From the NCBI GenBank assembly GCA_038226175.1, contig JBBRQP010000008.1:2711-66710 (forward strand): DNA of 64,000 bases, written 5' to 3'. The stretch is from Gloeobacterales cyanobacterium. Its GTDB lineage: Bacteria > Cyanobacteriota > Cyanobacteriia > Gloeobacterales > Anthocerotibacteraceae. Positions 1-8,740 of the stretch are shown in pieces; the first letter of the stretch is position 1; each line of letters begins with the position of its first letter. Under the pieces are notes generated by a model that saw only the letters and a program-made list of their open reading frames with translations, ran no database searches and was not told the origin of the DNA. The translations under genes and the position numbers were made by a program.

Positions 1-105
1 AATCTGACAGGTGATCACCGGGTTTTTTATGGAGCCCATGGTGCGCAGTTTCTAAAAGACTTAGCCCTACTAATGGAGAAGGAACCGCAACATTTGACCC
101 TCTAA
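1..105 (+). CDS. 3' end (partial) of a 2-oxoacid dehydrogenase E2 acyltransferase (dihydrolipoamide acetyltransferase-like)
   Basis: Frame 1 reads NLTGDHRVFYGAHGAQFLKDLALLMEKEPQHLTL then TAA at 103-105. The DHR..(D/Y)G catalytic-His motif and tail are typical of E2 catalytic domains. The ORF runs off the left edge. Confidence 0.55.
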   Translation, partial: NLTGDHRVFYGAHGAQFLKDLALLMEKEPQHLTL

Positions 106-146
106 TCCCCGTACTATAGAAAGAAACAGCCCTTGGGTCACAGCGC

Positions 147-1058
147 ATGGCGATTGATGTTGTCGGTAAACGTACAATTTGGCTCAGTATCTCCGGGGCT
201 TTGATTAGTATAGGATTGGTCGCCATGCTGGTGTCCACATTTACAATTGGAACACCTTTACGCCTGGGCATTGATTTTACAGGCGGGATCTTGTTGCAGC
301 TCAAATTCACTAAAGAAGTACCTTCGATTGTGCAAGTGCGTGATCTTTTGGTGCAAAAAGAGTTGGGTACCAGCATTATTCAGCAATCTGGTAAAGACGA
401 AATTTTAATCCGTGCCAAGCCGCTTAGCCAAGATGAACGCTTAGCTGTCCAGACGCTCCTACAACAAAAACTTCCGCCATTCACGATTCAGCGTGTTGAA
501 ACTGTCGGCCCGACTTTAGGTAAAGAACTTTTTCTTAATGGCTTGCTTGCGGTATTCGTTACGCTGGTTGCGATCTCACTGTATGCGGGGATTCGCTTTC
601 AGTCAGATTATGCCGTGTTTGCCCTGGTTGCCTTGTTTCATGATGTGCTGGTAACTCTCGGTTTTTTTGCCTTGATGGGACTAGTCACTGGCCTCGAAAT
701 AGACGCGCTTTCGGTGGTGGCTTTATTGACGGTGATTGGCTTCTCGGTTAATGATACGGTGGTCGTTTATGACCGAATCCGGGAAAATGTAAAATTTGTC
801 TCTCGTAAAAAGCCCTTTGCCGAAATCGTAAATGATGCCGTTAATCAGACCTTTGCTCGCTCGGTGAATACCTCACTTACGGCTTTACTTACGCTATTTG
901 CTCTTTACTTTTTTGGTGGCGCGACCCTCAAGGATTTTGCCCTCGCCTTGATTGTGGGCTTTGCTTCGGGTACCTATTCGAGCATTTTTAATGCCTCAAT
1001 ATTACTCGTGATCTGGCGTGAATATAAAAGCAACCAACCGAAAAAAGTAAAAGCCTAG
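147..1058 (+). CDS. secF: Protein translocase subunit SecF
   Basis: 303 aa, multi-TM. It has the GIDFTGG motif after TM1 and the NDTVVVYDRIREN motif typical of SecF. Confidence 0.85.
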   Translation: MAIDVVGKRTIWLSISGALISIGLVAMLVSTFTIGTPLRLGIDFTGGILLQLKFTKEVPSIVQVRDLLVQKELGTSIIQQSGKDEILIRAKPLSQDERLAVQTLLQQKLPPFTIQRVETVGPTLGKELFLNGLLAVFVTLVAISLYAGIRFQSDYAVFALVALFHDVLVTLGFFALMGLVTGLEIDALSVVALLTVIGFSVNDTVVVYDRIRENVKFVSRKKPFAEIVNDAVNQTFARSVNTSLTALLTLFALYFFGGATLKDFALALIVGFASGTYSSIFNASILLVIWREYKSNQPKKVKA

Positions 1059-1059
1059 A

Positions 1060-1752
1060 CTACAAGTCAATAATTGCGACTAAGCCTGTATAAATTTGTG
1101 GAAAAGGTAATGGCTTCAACATAACTTTGAGTAAAAGACGATAAAACTTTGGATATTGCACAAAGTCCGTGAGTATTGGCTTGAGAGCAACGGGAAGTTC
1201 TGGAAAAATTTTAATCCGTTGGGGCTTAATTATTGAACTCAAGGCATCAAGACTAGATTCGGTATAGTTGCGCAGATGGGTTTTATCTTGATAGTGCAAA
1301 AAAGTAAGGTTATACTTTGTCATGACTTCATCTTCTTTGGGCACCGTAATAATCAGTCTTTGGCTAGTTACACGCGCTAGTTCACGGATAGCTTTGATGT
1401 CATCAATATGTTCCAACACATCATAACAATAGGTACATTCAAAGGTTTTATCAGCAAAGGGTAAATCAGTTAGGTCACTACACAAATAGTTGCCGTGAGG
1501 CTGCTGTTGACGGGCAATATCCAGAAATTGTTCAAACTTATCCACACCTGTGACCTCAAAGCCTTTAGCTGCCAAAAATTCGACAAATGCACCACCACCA
1601 CAGCCAGCGTCAAGGATACGTTTACCCGTCAAATAACGTTCTAAATAGGTAACTCTTTCGGCATTGAGTAGACCGCTCACCGAAGACCAGCCAAACTTTT
1701 GGGCATTGCCTAAAGTATAAAGGTTGGCATCGCTATCTTTCATGCTTGTCAT
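1060..1752 (-). CDS. Class I SAM-dependent methyltransferase
   Basis: ILDAGCGGGAFVEFL is a glycine-rich SAM-binding motif I, and there is a downstream acidic motif (VTGVD). 230 aa. Confidence 0.8.
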   Translation of the reverse strand: MTSMKDSDANLYTLGNAQKFGWSSVSGLLNAERVTYLERYLTGKRILDAGCGGGAFVEFLAAKGFEVTGVDKFEQFLDIARQQQPHGNYLCSDLTDLPFADKTFECTYCYDVLEHIDDIKAIRELARVTSQRLIITVPKEDEVMTKYNLTFLHYQDKTHLRNYTESSLDALSSIIKPQRIKIFPELPVALKPILTDFVQYPKFYRLLLKVMLKPLPFPQIYTGLVAIIDL

Positions 1753-1814
1753 ATGAGTTTCAGGGTTTTTGTACTATACAATCTTTTTAGTGATTTTAAA
1801 CTGCTTTGAGACAG

Positions 1815-2705
1815 CTACGCCTCTAATGAGCCAATGCCAGCCTCATCAAGAATGCGCGGTACTAGTTCTTCTTTACGAATCGCCATGATATGAACCCCTT
1901 GACAATAATGACGGGCTTTTTGAATTTGTTCAGCGCAAATCGTGATGCCTTCGCTCAGGGGATGCGCCGCCTTTGCCAGACGCTCAATAATTGCTTCAGG
2001 AATCTGGACTCCGGGTAGTGTGCGGTTAATAAACTGCGCATTTTTGGCCGATTTCAATAGAAAAATACCCGCCAAAATTGGCTTACCACTCGGATAACCC
2101 AGAATATCCATAAACCGAGCGAACTGCTCAAAATCCGTGACCATTTGCGTCTGAAAAAATTGTGCTCCGGCTTGGATCTTGCGGGTAAAACGACTCTTAA
2201 GCCCGCTCAAACTCGGTGTCTGCGGATCAATGGCGGCACCAGCAAAAAAGTTGGTTGGGGCATTGAGCGGATGGTCTTCCCAATCGAGACCCTGATTGAG
2301 TTTTTGGATTGCCATCAAGAGGCGTACCGATTCAAAATCACACACCGGGCGTGCCGAAGGATGATCACCCGCAGACACCGGGTCTCCGGTCAAGGCCAAA
2401 ATATTCTCAATCCCCAGAGCTGCTGCACCGAGTAAATCACCTTGCAAAGCAATACGATTACGATCCCGACAGGCTAACTGACAAATTGGCTCAAGCCCAC
2501 TACGTTGCAATAAAATGCTCGCTGCCAAAGGACTCATGCGCATGACGGCTCGATTAGAATCAGTGACATTAACACTGTGCACCCGTCCAGATAAAAGACG
2601 GGCTGTCTGTAAAAACTCACGGGTATCCGGGCCTTTGGGGGGCACTATTTCGGCGGTAATCAAAAAATCGCCACGGGCTACAGCGGTGCGTAGAGTTAAG
2701 GGCAT
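1815..2705 (-). CDS. metF: Methylenetetrahydrofolate reductase
   Basis: 296 aa. The sequences FLITAEIVPPKG, VNVTD, LTGDP and AQFFQTQMVTD follow the pattern of MetF-type TIM-barrel reductases. Confidence 0.8.
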   Translation of the reverse strand: MPLTLRTAVARGDFLITAEIVPPKGPDTREFLQTARLLSGRVHSVNVTDSNRAVMRMSPLAASILLQRSGLEPICQLACRDRNRIALQGDLLGAAALGIENILALTGDPVSAGDHPSARPVCDFESVRLLMAIQKLNQGLDWEDHPLNAPTNFFAGAAIDPQTPSLSGLKSRFTRKIQAGAQFFQTQMVTDFEQFARFMDILGYPSGKPILAGIFLLKSAKNAQFINRTLPGVQIPEAIIERLAKAAHPLSEGITICAEQIQKARHYCQGVHIMAIRKEELVPRILDEAGIGSLEA

Positions 2706-2712
2706 AGTTCTA

Positions 2713-3720
2713 TTATTTCATCGAATCGGGATAGAGCAAGGCTATTACTTGTTCTAGCTGCGCCTCTTGCCGACGAATATCTTGGTAGACTGCGATTTGG
2801 CGGCGGGCACGGGCGCGATGATGGGCGGCGGCACTTGGATAAGCCTGAGCATCCCATTGGAAATAATTTTGCTCGATCACATCTTGTAGATAACGCATGC
2901 CGAGTTCTAGGGTAATCAGTTTGATCCCAGCTAATAGCTGATCGACTTCTTGTGTGCCTAGCTGACCCGTCGCCGCATAACCCGTCAATCCCGCCTGAAA
3001 TGCACTCAGGCTAAAGGTTTGCCCAACCGTACACCAAGACCGGAAAGCATCGCCTAGCTCCACACACAAACTCTGCTGCATCAAGGTATCGAGATCCACG
3101 AGTCCACTGACAGTACCCGAGTCGGTAAATAAGAAATTGGCTAATTTTAGATCGCCATGAATCAAGTGTTGGGGTAACGTTGGTAAATAGAGCTGAGGCA
3201 CCGTTTGGGCAAAAAAGTCTAATTCCGGCGCAATCTCCGCTCTGTCGGCGTAGGTTTGTAATTGCTCAAAAATATAAGCCGTGTCATGAAAGTGCGCTAA
3301 CTGAAACTTAAATTGATAGGGAAAATCTGCCAGCAAACGATGAAATAAGCCCGTCGTCCGTCCGGCTTGTTCAATGTAGTACACCGAAGGCGCAGTCGGA
3401 TGGGTCGTACCCGCTAATTTGGGCATCACCCGCCATAGGTGTCCCTCTAACGTCAGATGTAACTGTCCGTGAGCGGTCATCAAAAATTCTGGAACCGAAA
3501 AATCATGCTGCCGTAAATAAGAGCTAATGGCTTGAGCATCTTCGGTAACCCGCCCATCAAAAATGGGATGCATTTTTTGGGCAATATATTGGTCTTGCGC
3601 CGAGGTGAGCAGCCAAGTTTGGTGTAACAAGCCCGAGGTAAGCAGCTCAATTTGGCTAACTTCTGGCAGCTCAAAAGCAGTACAAATCGGTACCAGCCAA
3701 GTCTGTGCGAGTTGGGTCAT
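2713..3720 (-). CDS. Phosphotransferase family protein (APH / homoserine kinase type II-like)
   Basis: It has the Brenner-type catalytic loop HGDLKLANFLF and a downstream DLD metal-binding motif. 335 aa. Confidence 0.65.
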   Translation of the reverse strand: MTQLAQTWLVPICTAFELPEVSQIELLTSGLLHQTWLLTSAQDQYIAQKMHPIFDGRVTEDAQAISSYLRQHDFSVPEFLMTAHGQLHLTLEGHLWRVMPKLAGTTHPTAPSVYYIEQAGRTTGLFHRLLADFPYQFKFQLAHFHDTAYIFEQLQTYADRAEIAPELDFFAQTVPQLYLPTLPQHLIHGDLKLANFLFTDSGTVSGLVDLDTLMQQSLCVELGDAFRSWCTVGQTFSLSAFQAGLTGYAATGQLGTQEVDQLLAGIKLITLELGMRYLQDVIEQNYFQWDAQAYPSAAAHHRARARRQIAVYQDIRRQEAQLEQVIALLYPDSMK

Positions 3721-3726
3721 GATGAC

Positions 3727-3969
3727 CTAGAGCAAGCGGGTAAAAAACTTGGAACTCAACAGAGCCGATAGCACCAAAAATGTCCCCACCGCGCCCCAAG
3801 AGATCCGGTCTAGGTTTTTTTCAGCACTTTTTTGGCTAGAGAATAATTGAGCTTGACCACCAATAGCCGCCACGCCATCGCCCTTAGCCGCATGAAGCAG
3901 AACAGAGATCGTGATCGCTACCGCAGATAGCAGCCAAATGATTTTTAAGATAACCGCTAAGATTGCCAC
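3727..3969 (-). CDS. secG: Preprotein translocase subunit SecG
   Basis: 80 aa with two TM segments. VLLHAAKGDG after TM1 is the SecG signature. Confidence 0.7.
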   Translation of the reverse strand: MAILAVILKIIWLLSAVAITISVLLHAAKGDGVAAIGGQAQLFSSQKSAEKNLDRISWGAVGTFLVLSALLSSKFFTRLL

Positions 3970-4006
3970 AAAATTCTCACTGGGCTGTGATTTCTAGTGT
4001 AAACCA

Positions 4007-4429
4007 CTAGCGCACGATGAAGGTACCCTGCAAGGTCAAATTAGGAACGCCATGTTGACCTGGTAAGGTAACCTCGACCTGGTGGGGGCCAGGAGCCGCC
4101 CGAAACCCATGTAGCCGTAGACGCAGCTGTCCTTCACTAATTTGCTGCTCGATCAACAAAAAACGATCTTCGGGCAAAGCTACCGCCAAAGACCCCGCTA
4201 GAGCCGTCTTAGCTAGGGTTGAGATGTCGTTGCCATCGGTGCGCACTTGAATTTGATCCCAAGCAAAATCACTTAGGGTAAAACGCGCACGTGCGACCAA
4301 AATTGTCAGATCAATTGGATTACGCAAAATAAATCCCGGATTAAAAGTGATCGTCAGACTCTGTGCCCAGAGCGGTTGTCCCCACAGACTCAGGGTCAAA
4401 CCCAGTGCGATTATCCACCGTTGCCTCAA
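4007..4429 (-). CDS. Hypothetical secreted protein
   Basis: It has an N-terminal signal-like segment (ALGLTLSLWGQPLWAQS). Its start overlaps the hrcA stop by 4 nt. I recognise no domain. Confidence 0.5.
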   Translation of the reverse strand: MRQRWIIALGLTLSLWGQPLWAQSLTITFNPGFILRNPIDLTILVARARFTLSDFAWDQIQVRTDGNDISTLAKTALAGSLAVALPEDRFLLIEQQISEGQLRLRLHGFRAAPGPHQVEVTLPGQHGVPNLTLQGTFIVR

Positions 4430-5469
4430 GAAAAAACAGCCATCGAGAGATGTTCAGCCGTGGCCTGGACTGAGGCAATCACCCGGTCATAGGGTAAGCG
4501 CGTCGGGCCGAGGATGCCCACCGAACCTAAGGTTAGCCCTTGATGGGTAAAAGTCCGGCTTACCAAACTGCAACTATGCATCGGCGCAAGGGGATTCTCT
4601 GCCCCAATCCGAATCGATACCCGCTCCTCACCACCATCTCGCAAGATCAAAGCTCCCAGATGTACGCGCTCTTCTTCAAGTAAATTGACCAAGTCCTGCA
4701 AGCGTTGGGTTTGACTAAATTCGGGCTGGCGCAAAATCTCTCCGACCCCACTCACAAATACTTGACCCACCTGAGGGGTCAGTACAGCCTCACGGATCAA
4801 CAAAATGACATTTTTTAAGAAATCAGACCAAGCATGAATCTCTTGCCAATGCGGTTCACTCATGTCGAGATCCTTGAGCGTCCGATTGGTTAGATGCGCA
4901 TTCAAAAAATTATTAACTTCTTGTAAGTCAGCTTCAAGTAATGCGACGGGCAGATCCACCAGAAATGAGTAGGTTTGCAAGGTATCGGTTACTAGCAATA
5001 GCATCGCCCGCCCTTCGCCGACAGTGGCGAGATGCACATGACGCAACATCGCCAATTGTCCGACTGGTGCGGTAATCAAGGCCACACAGCCAGTTAATAC
5101 CGCCAAAACCCGTGCTGCCCGGTCGAGCAAACTCTCAAAATTGCGATGCAAAGATTCACCTAACTGAGCAGAAACTAACTCACGAATCTGTTGCGTTAAG
5201 GTTTCTGAAGGTGCTAGTAATTCATCGACATAGACCCGGTAGCCCGAGTCCGAGGGAATCCGCCCTGCCGAAGTATGGGGCTGAAACAAGAGCCCAGCCT
5301 GTTCTAACAGATTCATGGCATTACGTATCGAGGCCGAACTCAAATCAAACCGATATACTTCCGCTAGCATTTTGGAACCTACTGGCTCAGCGGTGTCAAT
5401 GTAGTGATTGACCGTCGCCCACAGAATTTGTCGATGACGGGCATTAAGTTTCACGTTTGGGTCGTGCAA
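4426..5469 (-). CDS. hrcA: Heat-inducible transcription repressor HrcA
   Basis: 347 aa. The N-terminal winged-helix region reads RHRQILWATVNHYIDTAEPVGSK, and the length and architecture match HrcA. Confidence 0.9.
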   Translation of the reverse strand: MHDPNVKLNARHRQILWATVNHYIDTAEPVGSKMLAEVYRFDLSSASIRNAMNLLEQAGLLFQPHTSAGRIPSDSGYRVYVDELLAPSETLTQQIRELVSAQLGESLHRNFESLLDRAARVLAVLTGCVALITAPVGQLAMLRHVHLATVGEGRAMLLLVTDTLQTYSFLVDLPVALLEADLQEVNNFLNAHLTNRTLKDLDMSEPHWQEIHAWSDFLKNVILLIREAVLTPQVGQVFVSGVGEILRQPEFSQTQRLQDLVNLLEEERVHLGALILRDGGEERVSIRIGAENPLAPMHSCSLVSRTFTHQGLTLGSVGILGPTRLPYDRVIASVQATAEHLSMAVFS

Positions 5470-5873
5470 GATTCACACACTCCATACAGTTCTACTTGGC
5501 AGGACTCTACATGACCACGCACTTCAGCTTGGAGTAAAGGTGCTGGATTGGGCAAATCCACATCCAAAATCACGCCACACTGGGTGCAATGAAAGTGATG
5601 ATGCGGGTCAGACCGCCAACCATAACGGTTGCCTTGGCTATCTGCCAGCACTTCAATAAAGTCTTTACTGACGAGGGCTTCTAAATTTTGGTAGACGGAG
5701 GAGTAGCCGACACTTTGACCAGCTAATTGCAAACGGCGATAAATGGCTCCGGCACTGAGATGATCCTCTGTGGCACACAACAGCGCTAGGATCGCCCGTC
5801 GTTGCGGACTGACCCGCATCCCGGATTGGCGACAACGTTCTAAAACTGTGGTGAGCTGGGCAGAATCAGTCAT
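5451..5873 (-). CDS. Fur family transcriptional regulator (Fur/Zur/PerR type)
   Basis: 140 aa. It has SPQRRAILALL (DNA-binding helix), HHHFHCTQCG and a C-terminal CESC metal site. It overlaps the hrcA start by 19 nt. Confidence 0.85.
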   Translation of the reverse strand: MTDSAQLTTVLERCRQSGMRVSPQRRAILALLCATEDHLSAGAIYRRLQLAGQSVGYSSVYQNLEALVSKDFIEVLADSQGNRYGWRSDPHHHFHCTQCGVILDVDLPNPAPLLQAEVRGHVESCQVELYGVCESCTTQT

Positions 5874-6123
5874 GGTGATACAGAGTGTCTTGGGCTACAT
5901 ACTACCATTTTAGTCAAGTCTTAGGGCAATCGCCATACAGTTAAACATACTCAGTGTGACTTTGGATGATTAAGCTGCTGCGTCCGAGAATTTTATCAAC
6001 TGTGTCGTGAACATCTATGGTTATTGCTAAAAATTTATTATGCATATTAGCTTTTTTGTGTTGACTCAAAATAACTTGAGACAGAGAGTTTTATAGTAGA
6101 TTAACTCTGAGCAAGGGAAAACC

Positions 6124-6326
6124 ATGAAGATCAAGCAATATGACCTGCTACAGCATAGTAATGGCTTAAGTGAGCTGTTAGCGCAAATTACAATCGATAC
6201 GGCGCACCCGTTGCCCGTCTTTTACCCAGCGCGCAACGCCAACCTGGATTGCATCCAGGAGCCTTTGTGGTCAGTGATGACTTTGATGCCCCATTGGCTG
6301 ATACCTTTTGGCTTGGCAAAAGTTGA
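6124..6326 (+). pseudogene. Phd/YefM-like antitoxin, frameshifted
   Basis: The N-terminus is in frame 1 (MKIKQYDLLQHSNGLSELLAQI). The remainder is in frame 3 (NRYGAPVARLLPSAQRQPGLHPGAFVVSDDFDAPLADTFWLGKS*). The frames switch near 6183-6195. The stop TGA (6324-6326) overlaps the TTG of the downstream PIN gene. Confidence 0.5.
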
Positions 6327-6700
6327 AACTTCTACTCGACACCCATGCTTTTATGTGGTGAGATAGTTCTCTACAGAAGATTCCAGCCTCTACACTCACA
6401 CTCATGGGTCAGCCAGAAAATCAATTGCTGGTGAGTTTAGTTAGTATTTGGGAAATTCAAATTAAGGTATAAATTGGTAAACTGGAACTAAGAGAACCGC
6501 TTTCAGAAATCATCTTGCATCAACAGAATAATGGAATCACATTAATCTCTATTTCTCTATCACACATCCTAAAACTCGATAATCTTCCTTGGCATTATCA
6601 AGACCCTTTTGACCATCTTCTTATAGCTCAAAGTCGTTGTAAAAAAGCTATTTTAGTCAGCCGTGATAGTAGTTTGAGTAGCTCCAGGTACTCTGGGGAC
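6323..6700 (+). pseudogene. VapC-type PIN-domain toxin with two in-frame stops
   Basis: Frame 2 reads LKLLLDTHAFMW*(TGA 6359)DSS...LLVSLVSIWEIQIKV*(TAA 6470)IGKLEL...LPWHYQDPFDHLLIAQSRCKKAILVSRD. The LLDTH, S.WEI.IK and H.DPFD.LLIAQ motifs are the PIN/VapC signature. The 3' end is undefined and runs into a repeat. Confidence 0.65.
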
Positions 6701-6808
6701 TTTAGTAGACCACGGTTAATTAGTCATTCATGCCCTGAGCAAGCTCCCCGCCTCACAAATGGAGAGCTAAAAATAGCAGACTGTTCTTGCTCCCCAGCCT
6801 TGGGGTTG

Positions 6809-6839
6809 GGGGCTGACTATTCAAGCGGAAAGGGTATTA
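6809..6839. repeat. Dispersed 31-nt repeat, copy 1 (GGGGCTGACTATTCAAGCGGAAAGGGTATTA)
   Basis: It matches 38121-38151 at 29 of 31 positions. It is preceded by a CCCCA..TGGGG mini-hairpin, as is the copy at 38103-38125. Confidence 0.6.
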
Positions 6840-6859
6840 TTTGCCATCTGCACAGTATT

Positions 6860-8686
6860 TCAAGGTTTCCCGGTCGCAAGAGGTAAATCTGGGGGAGCCG
6901 CTGCTGGATCAACTTTAGCTTGGATCACAATCGCATGGGGAACAGGACGCGCCTCGTACTGCACCAGCGATTGTCCCCGATAAACCAGATCGGTACTTGC
7001 CCCAGAATCCATCAATACTGCCTCTCGGATGCCTGCTTTTGCCAATGCTTGGGCTAGATCAGGAGCATTATTACGATTGTGGGTAATGCCTACCATAAAA
7101 CGTCCATCCCCATAAACACCGATAAACGAACGATGCCGGACTTCTAGGTAACTACCTAGATGTACCTTAATCATCTGGTCATCTGTCTGGGCAACCCCAT
7201 TACGCACCAGCCAAGTTCCCGCCAAAAATACATCTTGAGCTTCAGGTAATAGGGCTCTCACTCCGCTTTCTTGCATCAAATAACCACGATTAAACGGCGC
7301 AATCACCACCTTACCTGGGGCGATCATGACCAGAGGCCGTCCATCAAGACCGCCAGTTTCTTCGAGGAGCGGCGGCATAAATTGACCTTCATTTTGAGCC
7401 AATAGGGGGCCGATTAATTTCGTTGGGTCTTTACTTCTCAAGGGAAAAAATGTCCCGGTCACTACCGCCGCACCATCAGGCACCTGGGTCAAGTAATCTT
7501 TGAGATTAAAACGCTGGGTTTGACCATGAATTGTGTAGGGTTTACCGCCCAACGCCATCGAGAGCTGCACCCCATTCACAAAAAGCTGTACATAGGACAG
7601 CGGCTGAGCAAAATCTACGGCTACTTCAGAAATCGCCAAATCTGGGTCTTCAAGTCCTGAGTTTTTCTCTAAGGCCACAGCCAAATTAGATTGTCCATAG
7701 CGGTTGAGTTCGAGCATATTAGCCGAGGTGCCGACATAGCCCTCGTCCATGGTGGTAGCCGTGTGATAGCCAGCTTCTTTGACTAAGGCCACGACCCGAG
7801 CATCCCGTTTGCCGACCGGATAAGCAAAGTGAATAATCGGTATCCCCAACTTTTTCTCGAGAATGTGTTTAGAATCAAAGATTTCACGATGGAGTTGCTC
7901 ATCGGTTAAGGTCGTCATATCGGCCGGGTGATTAACTGTATGTGAGGCAATCGTCACTAAGCCTTCTTTACTCAGAGCTTGTAACTGTGACCAACTGAGA
8001 TGACCCTTACCTTTGGTCGAACCGACAAATCCGGTATGGATATAAAATACAGCGGGATAATGAAATTCTTTGAGTAAAGGATAGGCATTTTTGAGTTGAC
8101 CGAGATAGCCATCATCAAAGGTTAATAAAATTGGCTTGGGTGGTAATGATTCACCGCGTGTCAGATAGGCTTCGAGTTGGTCAATGGTAATCGGGGTCGC
8201 GCCACTATCGCGAATTGACTCAAGCTGTTGACGGAATTTTTTGACGGTCACATCAAAGGAAACTGTGGCTTCTTGGCGACTTGCCACAATGTCGTGATAC
8301 ATGATCGCAGGAATGCGACTGGTACGCGCCTGAGGCCGGAGGGCTAAGGGGTCATCAGATGCGAAGCTAGTATCTGGTGCTGGTAGGCTTTCTACGGCTG
8401 CTGTAGGTTCTGGCGTAGGCGTTGAATTCTCAACTGGTACTGAAGTAGGTTCATCTGTGTCAGTCTTACTATCTTGGGCAGAGGAAACAGCCGCCACCAG
8501 AGAGGTAGAAGGAGGATAAAAACGGTCATGGAAAGCTTGGACTTGGCCTGAGAGTGTATGCATGGCATTGATGGCTTTGAGGTCAGAATCAGGGGTGATT
8601 AGGGCATAGGCTACACCACCACCCACCAGTAACAACAAGCCAAGGGTTATGTTTGCACCTAGATTACTTCTGTTTTTTTGCGCCAT
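6860..8686 (-). CDS. Polysaccharide deacetylase (NodB) fused to a phosphodiester glycosidase-like domain, membrane anchored
   Basis: It has the NodB motifs LLTFDDGY and HTVNHP, and a C-terminal region with LMDSGAST resembling NAGPA-type domains. The start is probably MAQKNRSN at 8686; the ORF is open to 8734. Confidence 0.75.
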   Translation of the reverse strand: MAQKNRSNLGANITLGLLLLVGGGVAYALITPDSDLKAINAMHTLSGQVQAFHDRFYPPSTSLVAAVSSAQDSKTDTDEPTSVPVENSTPTPEPTAAVESLPAPDTSFASDDPLALRPQARTSRIPAIMYHDIVASRQEATVSFDVTVKKFRQQLESIRDSGATPITIDQLEAYLTRGESLPPKPILLTFDDGYLGQLKNAYPLLKEFHYPAVFYIHTGFVGSTKGKGHLSWSQLQALSKEGLVTIASHTVNHPADMTTLTDEQLHREIFDSKHILEKKLGIPIIHFAYPVGKRDARVVALVKEAGYHTATTMDEGYVGTSANMLELNRYGQSNLAVALEKNSGLEDPDLAISEVAVDFAQPLSYVQLFVNGVQLSMALGGKPYTIHGQTQRFNLKDYLTQVPDGAAVVTGTFFPLRSKDPTKLIGPLLAQNEGQFMPPLLEETGGLDGRPLVMIAPGKVVIAPFNRGYLMQESGVRALLPEAQDVFLAGTWLVRNGVAQTDDQMIKVHLGSYLEVRHRSFIGVYGDGRFMVGITHNRNNAPDLAQALAKAGIREAVLMDSGASTDLVYRGQSLVQYEARPVPHAIVIQAKVDPAAAPPDLPLATGKP

Positions 8687-8740
8687 GTTACTTTTCTCCC
8701 GTAGGCACTCTAACATTTTCGGGCAGGCGGGCAAAACTTT

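Noticed and set aside
2145-2757. Three plus-strand ORFs (96, 78 and 80 aa) inside the metF region.
   Set aside because: They lie antisense to a well-supported metF CDS. They are rich in Arg, Ser and Cys, have no motifs and overlap each other in different frames. They are typical shadow ORFs.
6515-6886. 123-aa ORF in the track.
   Set aside because: This is not a real gene as drawn. Its first half is the C-terminal part of the PIN pseudogene. Its second half is read-through into a dispersed repeat and the 3' end of the convergent deacetylase gene.
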